Below, in pieces: positions 27,917 through 37,358 of a stretch of 62,091 bases of DNA (within the stretch, counting starts at the first letter, position 1; every line of letters starts with the position of its first letter). Under the pieces are notes generated by a model. That model saw only the letters and a program-made list of their open reading frames with translations, was not told where the DNA came from and searched no databases. A program made the position numbers and the translations under genes. Source of the stretch: Candidatus Peribacteraceae bacterium (GTDB taxonomy: Bacteria; Patescibacteriota; Gracilibacteria; Peribacterales; Peribacteraceae); NCBI GenBank assembly GCA_030750465.1, contig JASMHZ010000003.1, forward strand, positions 1-62,091, given 5' to 3'.

Positions 27917-28498
27917 TCACCCCCCGTGGCGGGCGGCCCCTCCGTTTATTGCTATTAGAGACGCTATCTTTGATGCTTTTGGCGGTATATTAGAATGTTC
28001 AGAAATAATTTCATTGCAGAGAGCGTTTAGTTCAGATTCTGATTGGGGAAGTTCATTGTCAGATGGCAGGAGCCCGAGAGATCTTAGAACGTTTACTGTG
28101 AAATCAAGAACGGATTCGGGCTCTGGCTTGGAACATCGTCTTAGAAATTCCAAGGTCAGGTCAAATATTTCCGGCAAAGGTTCATCATCATGCAAAAGTG
28201 ATATCAATAGCTCCACTCCTTGTTGGGCATTCAGGAAGGGTTTAGTTTCAGTAAGGTCAGGTGATGGAAGTTTTTGTGCGGAAGTTACGATGAAGCCGGC
28301 TTTTCCTTCGTGAAGTCCGATTGTTACATGATTGTAGGGCAGGAGGCTTCCTCCAAGTTTGCTTGTAAGCTTTCTGACAGCCTTGGCTCTTGCGCTCAGT
28401 CTTCCCCGCTCTCGAGTCAGCAAAATAAGAAATCTGTCAGCCTCTCCGACGTCATGGGCTTTGAGGATTATGCTATCGTAAAGTTTAGAGTGGGGCAT
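27917..28498 (-). CDS. recO: DNA repair protein RecO (short form)
   Basis: IILKAHDVGEADRFLILLTRERGRLSARAKAVRKLTSKLGGSL.P. Confidence 0.88.
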   Translation of the reverse strand: MPHSKLYDSIILKAHDVGEADRFLILLTRERGRLSARAKAVRKLTSKLGGSLLPYNHVTIGLHEGKAGFIVTSAQKLPSPDLTETKPFLNAQQGVELLISLLHDDEPLPEIFDLTLEFLRRCSKPEPESVLDFTVNVLRSLGLLPSDNELPQSESELNALCNEIISEHSNIPPKASKIASLIAINGGAARHGG

Positions 28499-28511
28499 GG
28501 AGTTATGATAA

Positions 28512-28634
28512 AGAAACAGAGGAAACAGAGGAAGCAGAAGAACCAGAGGATCAGTCTGTATGAAAATTAGTAAGCCATATTTAAATAGTATCCTCTGATT
28601 CTTCTGTTTCTTCTAACTCTTCTGTTTCCTTTCT
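28512..28634. repeat. Inverted nonamer array (AGAGGAAAC vs reverse complement)
   Basis: agaaacagaggaaacagaggaagcagaagaaccagagga...tcctctgattcttctgtttcttct. Confidence 0.7.
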
Positions 28635-29579
28635 TCAGGCCTTCAACTGTGGTCTTACCCCAAGCCAAGCCCCAATTGCTGCTACGATTGGAGCAACAAG
28701 TATTTCGATAGCTATCGTGATTGGAATGAATCCCTTAAGGTAATCAATATACGGCTCAGATAGAGTCTTTGCCAGATCGCCGTGGAATGCCGGCGAAACT
28801 GAGGGGAGTACGAAAAGAATTATAATCACCAATATCAAACTTAAAGATCCGGCCAGCCAAAGAAGGAAAGTAGCCTCGACTGCGAATGGAATGATTACGG
28901 TCGAGGGGTCAGCACCGACTAAATTCTCTATGAACACCTCTTCTTGTCGCACAGCAACTCTTTGCCTAACAAGTTCAGTTACAACAAGCATTAAAACTAT
29001 TGCTGCAACTATAATAATCAGAGTAGCAAGCGTTCTTCCGGTTGCGATTATGCTCAAAAGTTCGGCAACTTGTCCTTTCTGTTCGGTGATTTCCGAAAGA
29101 TGCGCAGGATTTACAACGTTTCCCCATCTTTCCTGCTGAACGAAGTTCGAAAATTCATTGGCGTCCTCAAATGACCTAAGTGATATTCCAACAGTATCCG
29201 AGAAAGGGTTTTTCATATTGTACTTCTCTAGAAATGCGACGAGTTGCGGATCATTTACTCTTGCACTTTCGTAGGCTTGTTCTTTGGTGATGAACACTGC
29301 ATGGTCAATGACCGGTAGCTCATTAACCTTGTTCAAAAATTCATGACGCTGTTCATTTGTAGCCTGCGGAAGAATATCCAGTTTAATATTTGTACGGGAC
29401 TTGAGGACGTTCTGCATCGTTTCTGCCCCTGCTAGACTCACAAGTAATATTTGAAGCATCAGAAAGACTCCAAACAGAGCTCCAAACGAAGTCAGCCATT
29501 GCCGCTCTCGGAAAACATTGCTTGCCCCTCTTCTAACAGATCGCCTGAGGATCACCGACATGTTGGGACCTATAAACAT
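28635..29579 (-). CDS. ftsX: FtsX-like cell-division permease
   Basis: TM1, extracellular FITKEQAY...NPF, RQEEV...LVGA....IIPFAVEA and further TMs; no ftsE adjacent. Confidence 0.7.
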   Translation of the reverse strand: MFIGPNMSVILRRSVRRGASNVFRERQWLTSFGALFGVFLMLQILLVSLAGAETMQNVLKSRTNIKLDILPQATNEQRHEFLNKVNELPVIDHAVFITKEQAYESARVNDPQLVAFLEKYNMKNPFSDTVGISLRSFEDANEFSNFVQQERWGNVVNPAHLSEITEQKGQVAELLSIIATGRTLATLIIIVAAIVLMLVVTELVRQRVAVRQEEVFIENLVGADPSTVIIPFAVEATFLLWLAGSLSLILVIIILFVLPSVSPAFHGDLAKTLSEPYIDYLKGFIPITIAIEILVAPIVAAIGAWLGVRPQLKA

Positions 29580-29616
29580 ATTAGGGAGTATAGCGTATAT
29601 TTGGTGATACATTGAG

Positions 29617-29745
29617 TAATTTTCAATTATCAATTTGCAATTTTCATTCAAGGCCCAATAACCAATTTTCAAGTTCTATAGAATGAATTATTGGATATTT
29701 AGAAATTGAAAACTGAATGTAAATTGAAAATTCTAAATTGAAAAT
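29617..29745. repeat. Inverted heptamer array (AATTTTC/GAAAATT)
   Basis: aattttcaattatcaatttgcaattttc...aaattgaaaactgaatgtaaattgaaaattctaaattgaaaatt. Confidence 0.65.
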
Positions 29746-30344
29746 TATTTATTACTAGCTACCTTCTCTAGTCGATCTACCGCCTCCCTGCACTCCTTTG
29801 CCCTAGCATTTTCCGGATCCAGATCTAGGGCTCTGGTAAACAACGCCTTTGCTTTACCGAAATTACGTACTTGAAGGTGTGTTACGCCAAGATCGCAAAG
29901 AGTAAGTGGGTTTTCACTATCCAAGTTCAATGCTCTTTCTAGTGTAACTATTCCCTGAGTTCTTTGTCCGCTGTTGAACAAGGCCCATCCCAGGCATCTG
30001 AGTATTTCTGGATTATTTGGCTTAAGATTGTTTGCTCTTTGCAAGTATTTTAAAGACTCGGTCCATTTTTCCTTTTGTGAATTTAGAAACCCAAGTATGT
30101 AATGTCCTGTGTAACTGTCATTGTCCAAATCTATTGCTTGCTTGGCAGCTTTGTGCGCTCGGGAGGTATGCTCCAATGCCAATTCGTTGTCAGCTATTTC
30201 CTCTAATGCAGAAACGTTCTCCGGCTCCTCTGTTAGCAATGTCTCCAATATTTCCAAGGCTTCTTTGTGCTGTCCGGCCATTTTTAATGCCTCAGCATTT
30301 TCCAGCTGTTCGAGCACTTTTGAAGATGGATCGATATTGGTCAT
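29745..30344 (-). CDS. Tetratricopeptide repeat protein
   Basis: Successive TPR motifs (LG...G...A...ERALNLD, FTRALDLDPEN). Confidence 0.9.
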   Translation of the reverse strand: MTNIDPSSKVLEQLENAEALKMAGQHKEALEILETLLTEEPENVSALEEIADNELALEHTSRAHKAAKQAIDLDNDSYTGHYILGFLNSQKEKWTESLKYLQRANNLKPNNPEILRCLGWALFNSGQRTQGIVTLERALNLDSENPLTLCDLGVTHLQVRNFGKAKALFTRALDLDPENARAKECREAVDRLEKVASNK

Positions 30345-30401
30345 CGGATTGAGTATAGCCGACGAACATGGGAGGCAAGGAAAAAATGTTTATTTTTTGT
30401 G

Positions 30402-30734
30402 TCAATAATTCGCATACACAAAATACATCACTGTATTCAGTATTACTCTAGCTCCACTAATAACTACTGCCCCGATAACTGCTCCGATCATCATGCCCTT
30501 ACCAAAGCCGGATCTGGACTCCTGTCCCATTGAAATTATGAAAAAGAATGCTCCTGCGACAAAAATTGCGACACATACGTACCATCCGGTGGCCACCAGC
30601 ATATTGGTAACATTGGCTATTGCTCCAGGAGCAGTCAAACCGGCAGCAGGGCCCCAAACACGGATCTGAGCAGACGCAGAAAATGGAATTAATATTAGAA
30701 GAACCGAGTACATGATGGTTATAGCTTTTCTCAT
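30402..30734 (-). CDS. TrbC/VirB2-like pilin-type small membrane protein
   Basis: Signal peptide (ASAQ), two TM helices joined by SMGQE..GFGK...IGAVIG. Confidence 0.55.
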   Translation of the reverse strand: MRKAITIMYSVLLILIPFSASAQIRVWGPAAGLTAPGAIANVTNMLVATGWYVCVAIFVAGAFFFIISMGQESRSGFGKGMMIGAVIGAVVISGARVILNTVMYFVYANY

Positions 30735-30822
30735 TGCTCTATATCTTACCATATTTCAATTTGTTTCAAGTTTTTGGTTTCTAGTTTCTGTTGCATTGCT
30801 CTATACTCTCGCTCTACCTGCT

Positions 30823-33800
30823 ATGTCTGCGAACGGATTTTCTTCACGTTCTGTGTTCGATGAACCGCGCCGAAAGCGTAGGAGGAAGAGCAGTAATCCG
30901 ATCCCAGGGAAAGTTTATGGAGCATTGAAAATACTTCTGGGCAGAGGCAGTCCATCAAAAAATGAACGTAAAAAACTGGTCAAAAAAATCATAATTGGAT
31001 TTGTATTATTCATATTGCTTTATTTTGCTTATCTTTGGATCACGCTTCCGGACATAGATGATCCTGCAAGTCTGATTGCTTCGCAAAGCTCAGTAATTAC
31101 TGATCGGAATGGGGTTGAACTTTATAGATTATTCTCCGAAGAAGATCGAACATATATTACTGGCGAGCAAATACCAGATCATATGAAGCAGGCAATGATT
31201 GCGATAGAAGATGAGAGATATTACGAGAGGGGGTGTTTGGATATGAAGGCAATTATGCGTGCGGTTATTTTCTGGGGAAGAGCAGGGGGAGGTTCCACAA
31301 TTACGAGACAACTTGCCAGAAATTCTCTGAATCTATTCCAGGACAATAAGTACAACAGAAAGCTGAAAGAAGTAGTACTTGGATGCCAGCTAGAAAGACG
31401 CTTTGATAAAGATGAACTGATTGAACTTTACTTAAACTGGATACCATTTGGGCAAAATGCATACGGAGTGGAACAGGCAAGTCAGATTTATTTTGGCGTT
31501 GAGGCAAAGGATCTTACTCTCGCACAGTCTGCTGTTCTTGCTTCACTTCCTCAGCGGCCTTCTTACTTCAATCCATATGGAAGGCATTTACATACGGAAG
31601 TAAGCGAAGATGTTCACAAAAAGGTTATTGAAGGAAACATCACCAAGTCTTCGCAAATTCCCAATAACAAAGTAATGATCGGGTTGCTTGGAGATTATGC
31701 AGGCACGGGATCTTCATTGCTTTACGTTGGGGGGCGAACGGATCAGGTGCTTCAAAATATGGAAGACCAGGAATTCATAAATGAACAGGAACGACTGACC
31801 GCAATTGAGGAATTAGAGAACATGGAATTTGAGCCTACCCGCGAGAACATACGAGCTCCTCACTTTGTTCTTTGGATCAAAGAGGAAATTGAGAATATGT
31901 TTTCTGCAACTTCGGAGGAAGGCTTGTTTGAGCAAGGAGGACTTACCATAGAAACAACGCTCGATTGGGATATGCAGGAGGCAGCGGAAGAGGTAATAGA
32001 GTTCCATCGTGAAGATATCCTTACCAGATTCGGTGCGTACAATATGGCGCTTGTTTCCATGGATCCGAAAACCCGCGAGATTCTGGCATACATTGGAAAT
32101 ATGGATTATTCCGATACAGAGCATGGAGGGAAAATTGATATGGTTCATGCTCCGCGCCAACCTGGATCCAGTTTCAAGCCGTTCATATACGCTTCAGCAT
32201 TCCAGCATGGATACAGTCCTGCAACTCCCATTTGGGATGTTCCGACAAAAATTGGTGATAATAAACCGCAAAACTTTGATGGATTGTTCAAAGGTTTGAT
32301 GACAATGAGGCAGGCTTTGGGTGCTAGTAGAAACATTCCTGCTGCAAAAACTTTCTTCCTGGCAGGCGGGGAGGAAAAAATCCTAAGACTGGTCAGAGAC
32401 CTTGGTGCACCCACTCCATTGGTCAGGAAATCCGAACTTGCAATGGAGCGCGAGGACGGATTTGATTATGGTTGGCCTCTTGCTCTTGGAGCGGCAGAAA
32501 CTCCTCTTATAGAAATGGTTCAAGCTTATGGGACTTTTGCTTCCGGGGGAGAGACAGCTGGGGTGGTACCAATCAAACGAATTACAGACAAGAAAGGAAA
32601 CATTTTGTACGAGGCTCAGTCTCCTGTAAAAACGGATACTGTCTTGGATAATAGAATCGCGTATCAAATTACTTCCATACTCAGCGATGAATGGGCAAGG
32701 CCGGAAGAATATTGGAAGACACAGCTCACAATTCCCGGATATCAGACAGCTGCAAAAACCGGAACAAGTAACAAGTGTCTCGAATGGCAAGATGAAGACA
32801 CATGCCTCCTTAGAAAACCGGATAATGCATGGCTTGTTGGTTACACACCCAACCTGATTTCGGGAGTTTGGGTTGGAAACGCAGACAGTAGCGCAATGTT
32901 CGAGAAAGCAGGAGGGCTAAACACCGCAAGTCCTATTTGGAGGGATTACATGATGCGTGCTCATAGAAAGATTGAATCGCCTAAATATATTTTCGAGTCA
33001 CCGGAAGGAATAGTACAGCCGCAGATCTCTATGCTTTCCGGAGAATTCGCAACAGAATGTACGCCAGTTCATTTGCGACGTGCAGATGTGTTCCTCAAGG
33101 AAAATGCGCCATCCAAACAAGATCCGGCTTGCAAGGAGCTGACCGTCGACAAACTTACTCATCTTCTTGCCTCGGAAGAATGTCCCAAAGAGGCTCAAGA
33201 GGAAGGACAGTTCCTGGTTGCGCAAAGCTTGCTTCCAAAACGATGGCCCAAGTGGGAGGAAGGGGTTCAATCGTGGGTCAGTGCACAAATGGAGCTCTGG
33301 TACGCCGATGAAACACATTCTGGTGCCATTATTACACTTCCAATTGCTCCCACAGATGATTGCGAGCTTTCACTTACTCCCGGACGCTTGGAAAAACCAG
33401 AACTTACAATCAAGTTCCCGACCCAAGGAGGAGTCGCGTCGTATCCTGCATTCCATCCCAAGATTGATTACACAGTCGTTTCGGAAATTCGTGAAGTTGT
33501 TTACAAAGTTGATGGCAAGAGAGTTGCAAGACAGGAATCAAAACCATTCGATCGAACGATTCGCGTCCCACGCTCAGTTAAAAAGTCAGGATTGCATTCG
33601 CTCACAGTTATTCTTGTTGATGAGTACTACAACGAGATCACAAAATCAGTTTCATTCAGATTCGACGAAGATAAAAGGAATCCGACAGTCAGGTTTGTAA
33701 AACCCAAGGGCGATATCAACATTAAGTCAGAAAGCGAAGTGTTTATAAAAGCGGAAGCCAATGATCCTGATGGCGCAATCAAGTATGTTCAATTCTTCCT

Positions 33801-34293
33801 GGACGATACTTTGCTTTCAACAAAGCCCAATAAACCTTTTGAGCTTAAATACACAATCGGTTTGCCGGATGGAGTTTATACCCTTAAGGCTGTTGCGGAG
33901 GACCTCGCGAAAAATAAAGCGGAAGATTCAATTATTATCACGATTGGAAAAGGAGGATCAGATGCGCCATATGCTCCTTCAGTTCCACCTGAACCAAGCG
34001 GAGGGCCAAGTTTGATCAAGCCTGAAAATTCCTCAAGTACCGGTGTCGGAGAAGTAATCGACGTCCACGCGGACGTTCAGGGATTAGACGGGAACTTAAG
34101 AAGAGTTAGAGTTGTCGTTGAAGGCGGCGTTATATCCGGACAGGATGAACTTCTGAATTTGACCGAAGGAGAAGGCATTTATAAAAGAGTTTGGAAAGCA
34201 GATCGCGCGGGGGAGTTTGTGATCAGATTGCTTACTGAGGACTCAGTTGGAGTTGAGAAGGAATGGGCTATCAGGCAGATTAAGGTAGAATAG
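30823..34293 (+). CDS. Class A penicillin-binding protein with C-terminal Ig-like domains
   Basis: EDERY, GGSTITRQL, RKLKE, LYLN, QPGSSFKP (SxxK), SRN, KTGT; Ig-like ANDPDGAIKYVQFFLD...GVYTLKAVAED. Confidence 0.93.
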   Translation: MSANGFSSRSVFDEPRRKRRRKSSNPIPGKVYGALKILLGRGSPSKNERKKLVKKIIIGFVLFILLYFAYLWITLPDIDDPASLIASQSSVITDRNGVELYRLFSEEDRTYITGEQIPDHMKQAMIAIEDERYYERGCLDMKAIMRAVIFWGRAGGGSTITRQLARNSLNLFQDNKYNRKLKEVVLGCQLERRFDKDELIELYLNWIPFGQNAYGVEQASQIYFGVEAKDLTLAQSAVLASLPQRPSYFNPYGRHLHTEVSEDVHKKVIEGNITKSSQIPNNKVMIGLLGDYAGTGSSLLYVGGRTDQVLQNMEDQEFINEQERLTAIEELENMEFEPTRENIRAPHFVLWIKEEIENMFSATSEEGLFEQGGLTIETTLDWDMQEAAEEVIEFHREDILTRFGAYNMALVSMDPKTREILAYIGNMDYSDTEHGGKIDMVHAPRQPGSSFKPFIYASAFQHGYSPATPIWDVPTKIGDNKPQNFDGLFKGLMTMRQALGASRNIPAAKTFFLAGGEEKILRLVRDLGAPTPLVRKSELAMEREDGFDYGWPLALGAAETPLIEMVQAYGTFASGGETAGVVPIKRITDKKGNILYEAQSPVKTDTVLDNRIAYQITSILSDEWARPEEYWKTQLTIPGYQTAAKTGTSNKCLEWQDEDTCLLRKPDNAWLVGYTPNLISGVWVGNADSSAMFEKAGGLNTASPIWRDYMMRAHRKIESPKYIFESPEGIVQPQISMLSGEFATECTPVHLRRADVFLKENAPSKQDPACKELTVDKLTHLLASEECPKEAQEEGQFLVAQSLLPKRWPKWEEGVQSWVSAQMELWYADETHSGAIITLPIAPTDDCELSLTPGRLEKPELTIKFPTQGGVASYPAFHPKIDYTVVSEIREVVYKVDGKRVARQESKPFDRTIRVPRSVKKSGLHSLTVILVDEYYNEITKSVSFRFDEDKRNPTVRFVKPKGDINIKSESEVFIKAEANDPDGAIKYVQFFLDDTLLSTKPNKPFELKYTIGLPDGVYTLKAVAEDLAKNKAEDSIIITIGKGGSDAPYAPSVPPEPSGGPSLIKPENSSSTGVGEVIDVHADVQGLDGNLRRVRVVVEGGVISGQDELLNLTEGEGIYKRVWKADRAGEFVIRLLTEDSVGVEKEWAIRQIKVE

Positions 34294-34326
34294 CCAAAAT
34301 AGCTACAATATGATAAAATAAGAGTT

Positions 34327-35286
34327 GTGAAGGAAAACCAAAAACCAGAAGACTTATTAGGTTGTCCTGAGGATAGCGATTTGCATGGAGAAATAGGGAA
34401 TGCCGGAGAAGTTGTAAGACCTGATAATGAGGCAATCAACCAACTTTTATGTCAGACAAAAGATACGGGAAGAAATGTTTCTCTGCCTAATGAAACAGAA
34501 TCCGGAAAGTTGCAAGATGGACTGTCTGAAGGTAAGGCTTTTGTGACAAGAAGTGTTCCAAAGATAATTTATAAGATGTGTGCGAAGTACAACCTTCCTT
34601 TTGATAGTACAAAATTGCCTCGCATAGAATTTTCAAAGGACAAAAATCTTGATGGGACTTACGAGCCTGACACAAATACGCTTACTATTTCCGAGTATGT
34701 TTTGTCATCCGATTCCGAGTTGTTTGAGGCAATTGGAGAGGAGGTCGGACATTATTTGCGGTATCAACTGTGTTCTTCCAGTCGTGATCCAAGGGGGCGC
34801 CTGCAGGAGGAAACAACAGCTTCACACAGACCTGTAAGGCCTGTGAGCGATGCAAATGTAGATGAATTTTTTGGTTTTCTTGGAAGGAGAATGTTTAACC
34901 AGACATTTGAACATTGGAATCTGGAAGATCCGGTACCGCCTGATAGAGAGTGGTATGCAGAAAGGTTGTTAAAAGCCAGAAGAGCCGCTCATATGGGAAG
35001 AGAACTTATTGGCAAGTTGGAACAAAGATATCAGGATGAAAGAAGAAAATTAAGAAAAGGTGAAGATAGTCCTGATTTTGATGTTTTAACTTCGCATCAT
35101 AGCATGGCGTCTTCGATTCGTGATAAGCAAAGACTAATCAGAAAAGAAGCACTGCACCTAGTCGAACATCGCAAAGGATACGAGGTTGCTGCGAGGTTGG
35201 ATTTAGACAGCGTTGAAGATTGGGAAGCATTGTTCAGGATGCCGAACCATGAAGTTAGGGAACGGTATTTTGTTAATTACAATTGA
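34327..35286 (+). CDS. Hypothetical protein with a zincin-like EExxH motif
   Basis: GTYEP...LTI...AIGEEVGHYLR, later VDEFFG; TAAAAT 7 nt before GTG. Confidence 0.6.
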   Translation: MKENQKPEDLLGCPEDSDLHGEIGNAGEVVRPDNEAINQLLCQTKDTGRNVSLPNETESGKLQDGLSEGKAFVTRSVPKIIYKMCAKYNLPFDSTKLPRIEFSKDKNLDGTYEPDTNTLTISEYVLSSDSELFEAIGEEVGHYLRYQLCSSSRDPRGRLQEETTASHRPVRPVSDANVDEFFGFLGRRMFNQTFEHWNLEDPVPPDREWYAERLLKARRAAHMGRELIGKLEQRYQDERRKLRKGEDSPDFDVLTSHHSMASSIRDKQRLIRKEALHLVEHRKGYEVAARLDLDSVEDWEALFRMPNHEVRERYFVNYN

Positions 35287-36026
35287 TTAGCAATTTCTTC
35301 AGTTATATCAGCATTAGTGTGCACTTCGGAAACATCTTCATCTGCTTCCAGTTCTTCAACAAAGTTCATGAGTTTTTTTGCCGACTCAACGTCAGAAATT
35401 TCGGCAGATTGCTTTGCGACATACTTCATTCCGGCTTCCTCCAATTCCATTCCGGCTGATTTAATTGCATCACGGACTTTTGGCCAATCTACTGCTCCTG
35501 TTGTAACAGTTACGGTTCCATCAGAAGCTTCAAAGTCTTCCGCGCCCGCATCAATCAATTCCAATTGAACTTCATCAGAAAGTTCACCGTCAGCTTTTGC
35601 AATTACAATCCCTTTTTTCTCGAACATCCACATAACAGATCCGCTCTCTGCCCATTTACCTCCGCGTTTTTCGATTGTTGATTTTACCGAGCTCAAAGTC
35701 CGGTTCTTATTATCAGTCAAACACTCGACAATCACAGCTGCTCCGCCGGGTCCGTAAGCTTCGTAAATTACTGCAACGGTTAGATTGCCCTTCAGTTCTC
35801 CGCTTCCTTTTTTAACTGCACGATCAATGTTCATATTTGGAACATTCTCGGCTTTTGCATTATCAATTGCAGCTTTCAAGCTTGGATTCATACTAGGATC
35901 GCCACTTCCTCCCTCCCTTGCTGAAATCTCGATTAGTTTTGCATGGCGTGTGAAAATCTTGCCCCTCTTTGCATCAGCAGCTCCTTTTTTGTGCTTAATG
36001 CTGGCCCATTTAGAGTGTCCGGACAT
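35277..36026 (-). CDS. yebC: YebC/PmpR-family protein
   Basis: MSGHSKWASIKHKKG, YEAYGPGG, TDNKNRT, GSVMWMF. Confidence 0.95.
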   Translation of the reverse strand: MSGHSKWASIKHKKGAADAKRGKIFTRHAKLIEISAREGGSGDPSMNPSLKAAIDNAKAENVPNMNIDRAVKKGSGELKGNLTVAVIYEAYGPGGAAVIVECLTDNKNRTLSSVKSTIEKRGGKWAESGSVMWMFEKKGIVIAKADGELSDEVQLELIDAGAEDFEASDGTVTVTTGAVDWPKVRDAIKSAGMELEEAGMKYVAKQSAEISDVESAKKLMNFVEELEADEDVSEVHTNADITEEIANQL

Positions 36027-36050
36027 GGGAGTGAGTGGTTAGTAAATTGG

Positions 36051-36287
36051 CTATTTTCTATATGCTAACATCCCCATAAACCTCGCTCTCTGTATCGCCG
36101 TTCGGAGCATCTTTTGGTGTTTCAGACAGATGCCGGTGTAATAGCGCTGTCGGATGTTTCCAAAGTAATCAGTAAAGGGCTTAAGGGTGGGATAGTCTTT
36201 GTAATCAATGTACCTGGTGCCCTTGTCACAAAATGGACATTTTTTTTGTCTGGGATCGCCGCGCCTGGATTGGGATGGTTGAAACAT
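36051..36287 (-). CDS. rpsR: 30S ribosomal protein S18 (Cys-containing type)
   Basis: KKCPFC, IDYKD, G.I..R..TG.C.KHQ..L..AI.RAR. Confidence 0.93.
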   Translation of the reverse strand: MFQPSQSRRGDPRQKKCPFCDKGTRYIDYKDYPTLKPFTDYFGNIRQRYYTGICLKHQKMLRTAIQRARFMGMLAYRK

Positions 36288-36300
36288 TATATTATGGTTA

Positions 36301-36327
36301 TCGCCCTTCGACAGGGCTCAGGGTGAC
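36301..36327. repeat. REP-like palindrome between rpsF and rpsR
   Basis: tcgcccttcgacagggctcagggtgac. Confidence 0.55.
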
Positions 36328-36932
36328 TAAATGTCAAGTTCATCGTCGGAAATAAGCTTCTCCAGTTCTTCTGAAAGTTTATCCTTTTCGATTACAGACT
36401 TCTCGGGAACAGTTGGTGGTCTTGCCTTCTTCTCTTCCTCAACTTTCTTGACTTGTCTCTTGGCTTTTTCTGCAACTTTGCGCTTTATCTCTGCCTCCTT
36501 CTCTTCCTCCTTTTGTTCGGAAACAGTTTTGCGTTCCTTGAGCCAGGTCTCGTACTCCTCGGAATATTTAGTAATCTGATATCCCTTTGGAGGTTTAATA
36601 AGCATATGCCTAAGGATGGTTGTTGAAATGTTTAATTGCTCATCTATTTCCTTGAGCCTCGAAGGATCCATCTCGTAGTGATAAACCACAAAAGTTCCTT
36701 CTTCACTACCTCCTATTGGGTATGCAAGACCTCTGCGTCCCCACGAATCTTTTGCCATCTGCCTGCCTCCGGCTTCTTCAAAATAGCCCTCAACCTCCTT
36801 CATAGCATCCTGTTCTTCCTTTTGGGAGAGTGGAAACGGCAAAAGCACGCAACACTCGTATACGCGATCGTCAGTCTCGTCGGCCGTAGCCTTGGCGGAG
36901 GCTGATACTATGGTGTCGTCAGAAGAAGTCAT
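36327..36932 (-). CDS. rpsF: 30S ribosomal protein S6 with N- and C-terminal extensions
   Basis: YE...., WGRRGLAYPI, ILRHMLIK; directly upstream of rpsR. Confidence 0.9.
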   Translation of the reverse strand: MTSSDDTIVSASAKATADETDDRVYECCVLLPFPLSQKEEQDAMKEVEGYFEEAGGRQMAKDSWGRRGLAYPIGGSEEGTFVVYHYEMDPSRLKEIDEQLNISTTILRHMLIKPPKGYQITKYSEEYETWLKERKTVSEQKEEEKEAEIKRKVAEKAKRQVKKVEEEKKARPPTVPEKSVIEKDKLSEELEKLISDDELDI

Positions 36933-36979
36933 ACGATTCGCGGGTAAAACCTGATTTAAGATTAAAATCAGGAAATCGT
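36933..36979 (-). promoter_or_regulatory. Candidate S6:S18 autoregulatory leader RNA
   Basis: Outer stem acgattt/gaatcgt abutting the AUG, inner stem cctgattt/aaatcagg, unpaired ttttacccgc containing CCG. Confidence 0.5.
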
Positions 36980-37076
36980 CGGGGAGAAGCCTATATGTTT
37001 GTAGATCGAAACGTCAAGGAGTTGTGAGATATTTTGTATTGCACCTTAAGAATTCGAGGTGTACGCTCGCCCTCCC

Positions 37077-37358
37077 ATGGCTCGTGACGACGACAATCTA
37101 AATGGCTCATTCGATAACTTGACGAGCAAGGAAATGCTTAAATTGATAATGCAAAAAATTGTTGATGTCAGGAAAGAGTTAAAGGTGGATATTGCCTGTT
37201 TAGATAAAAAACTAAGTAAAAAAATGGATGAAGGTTTTAGGGGTGTTAACAAAAGAATTGATAATCTAAATTCTCAAGCCGATCAAAATTCTCTATGTTT
37301 TATGACCAATCTTGATTCAATTGATAAGCGAGTTACGAAACTTGAGGCAGTTTGCTGA
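37077..37358 (+). CDS. Small coiled-coil hypothetical protein
   Basis: Heptad pattern ...KKMDEGFRGVNKRIDNL...IDKRVTKLE. Confidence 0.6.
   Translation: MARDDDNLNGSFDNLTSKEMLKLIMQKIVDVRKELKVDIACLDKKLSKKMDEGFRGVNKRIDNLNSQADQNSLCFMTNLDSIDKRVTKLEAVC

Noticed and set aside
30402-30734. Conjugative T4SS locus implied by the VirB2-like gene
   Set aside because: No VirB4, coupling protein or relaxase nearby; treated as a stand-alone pilin-like gene.
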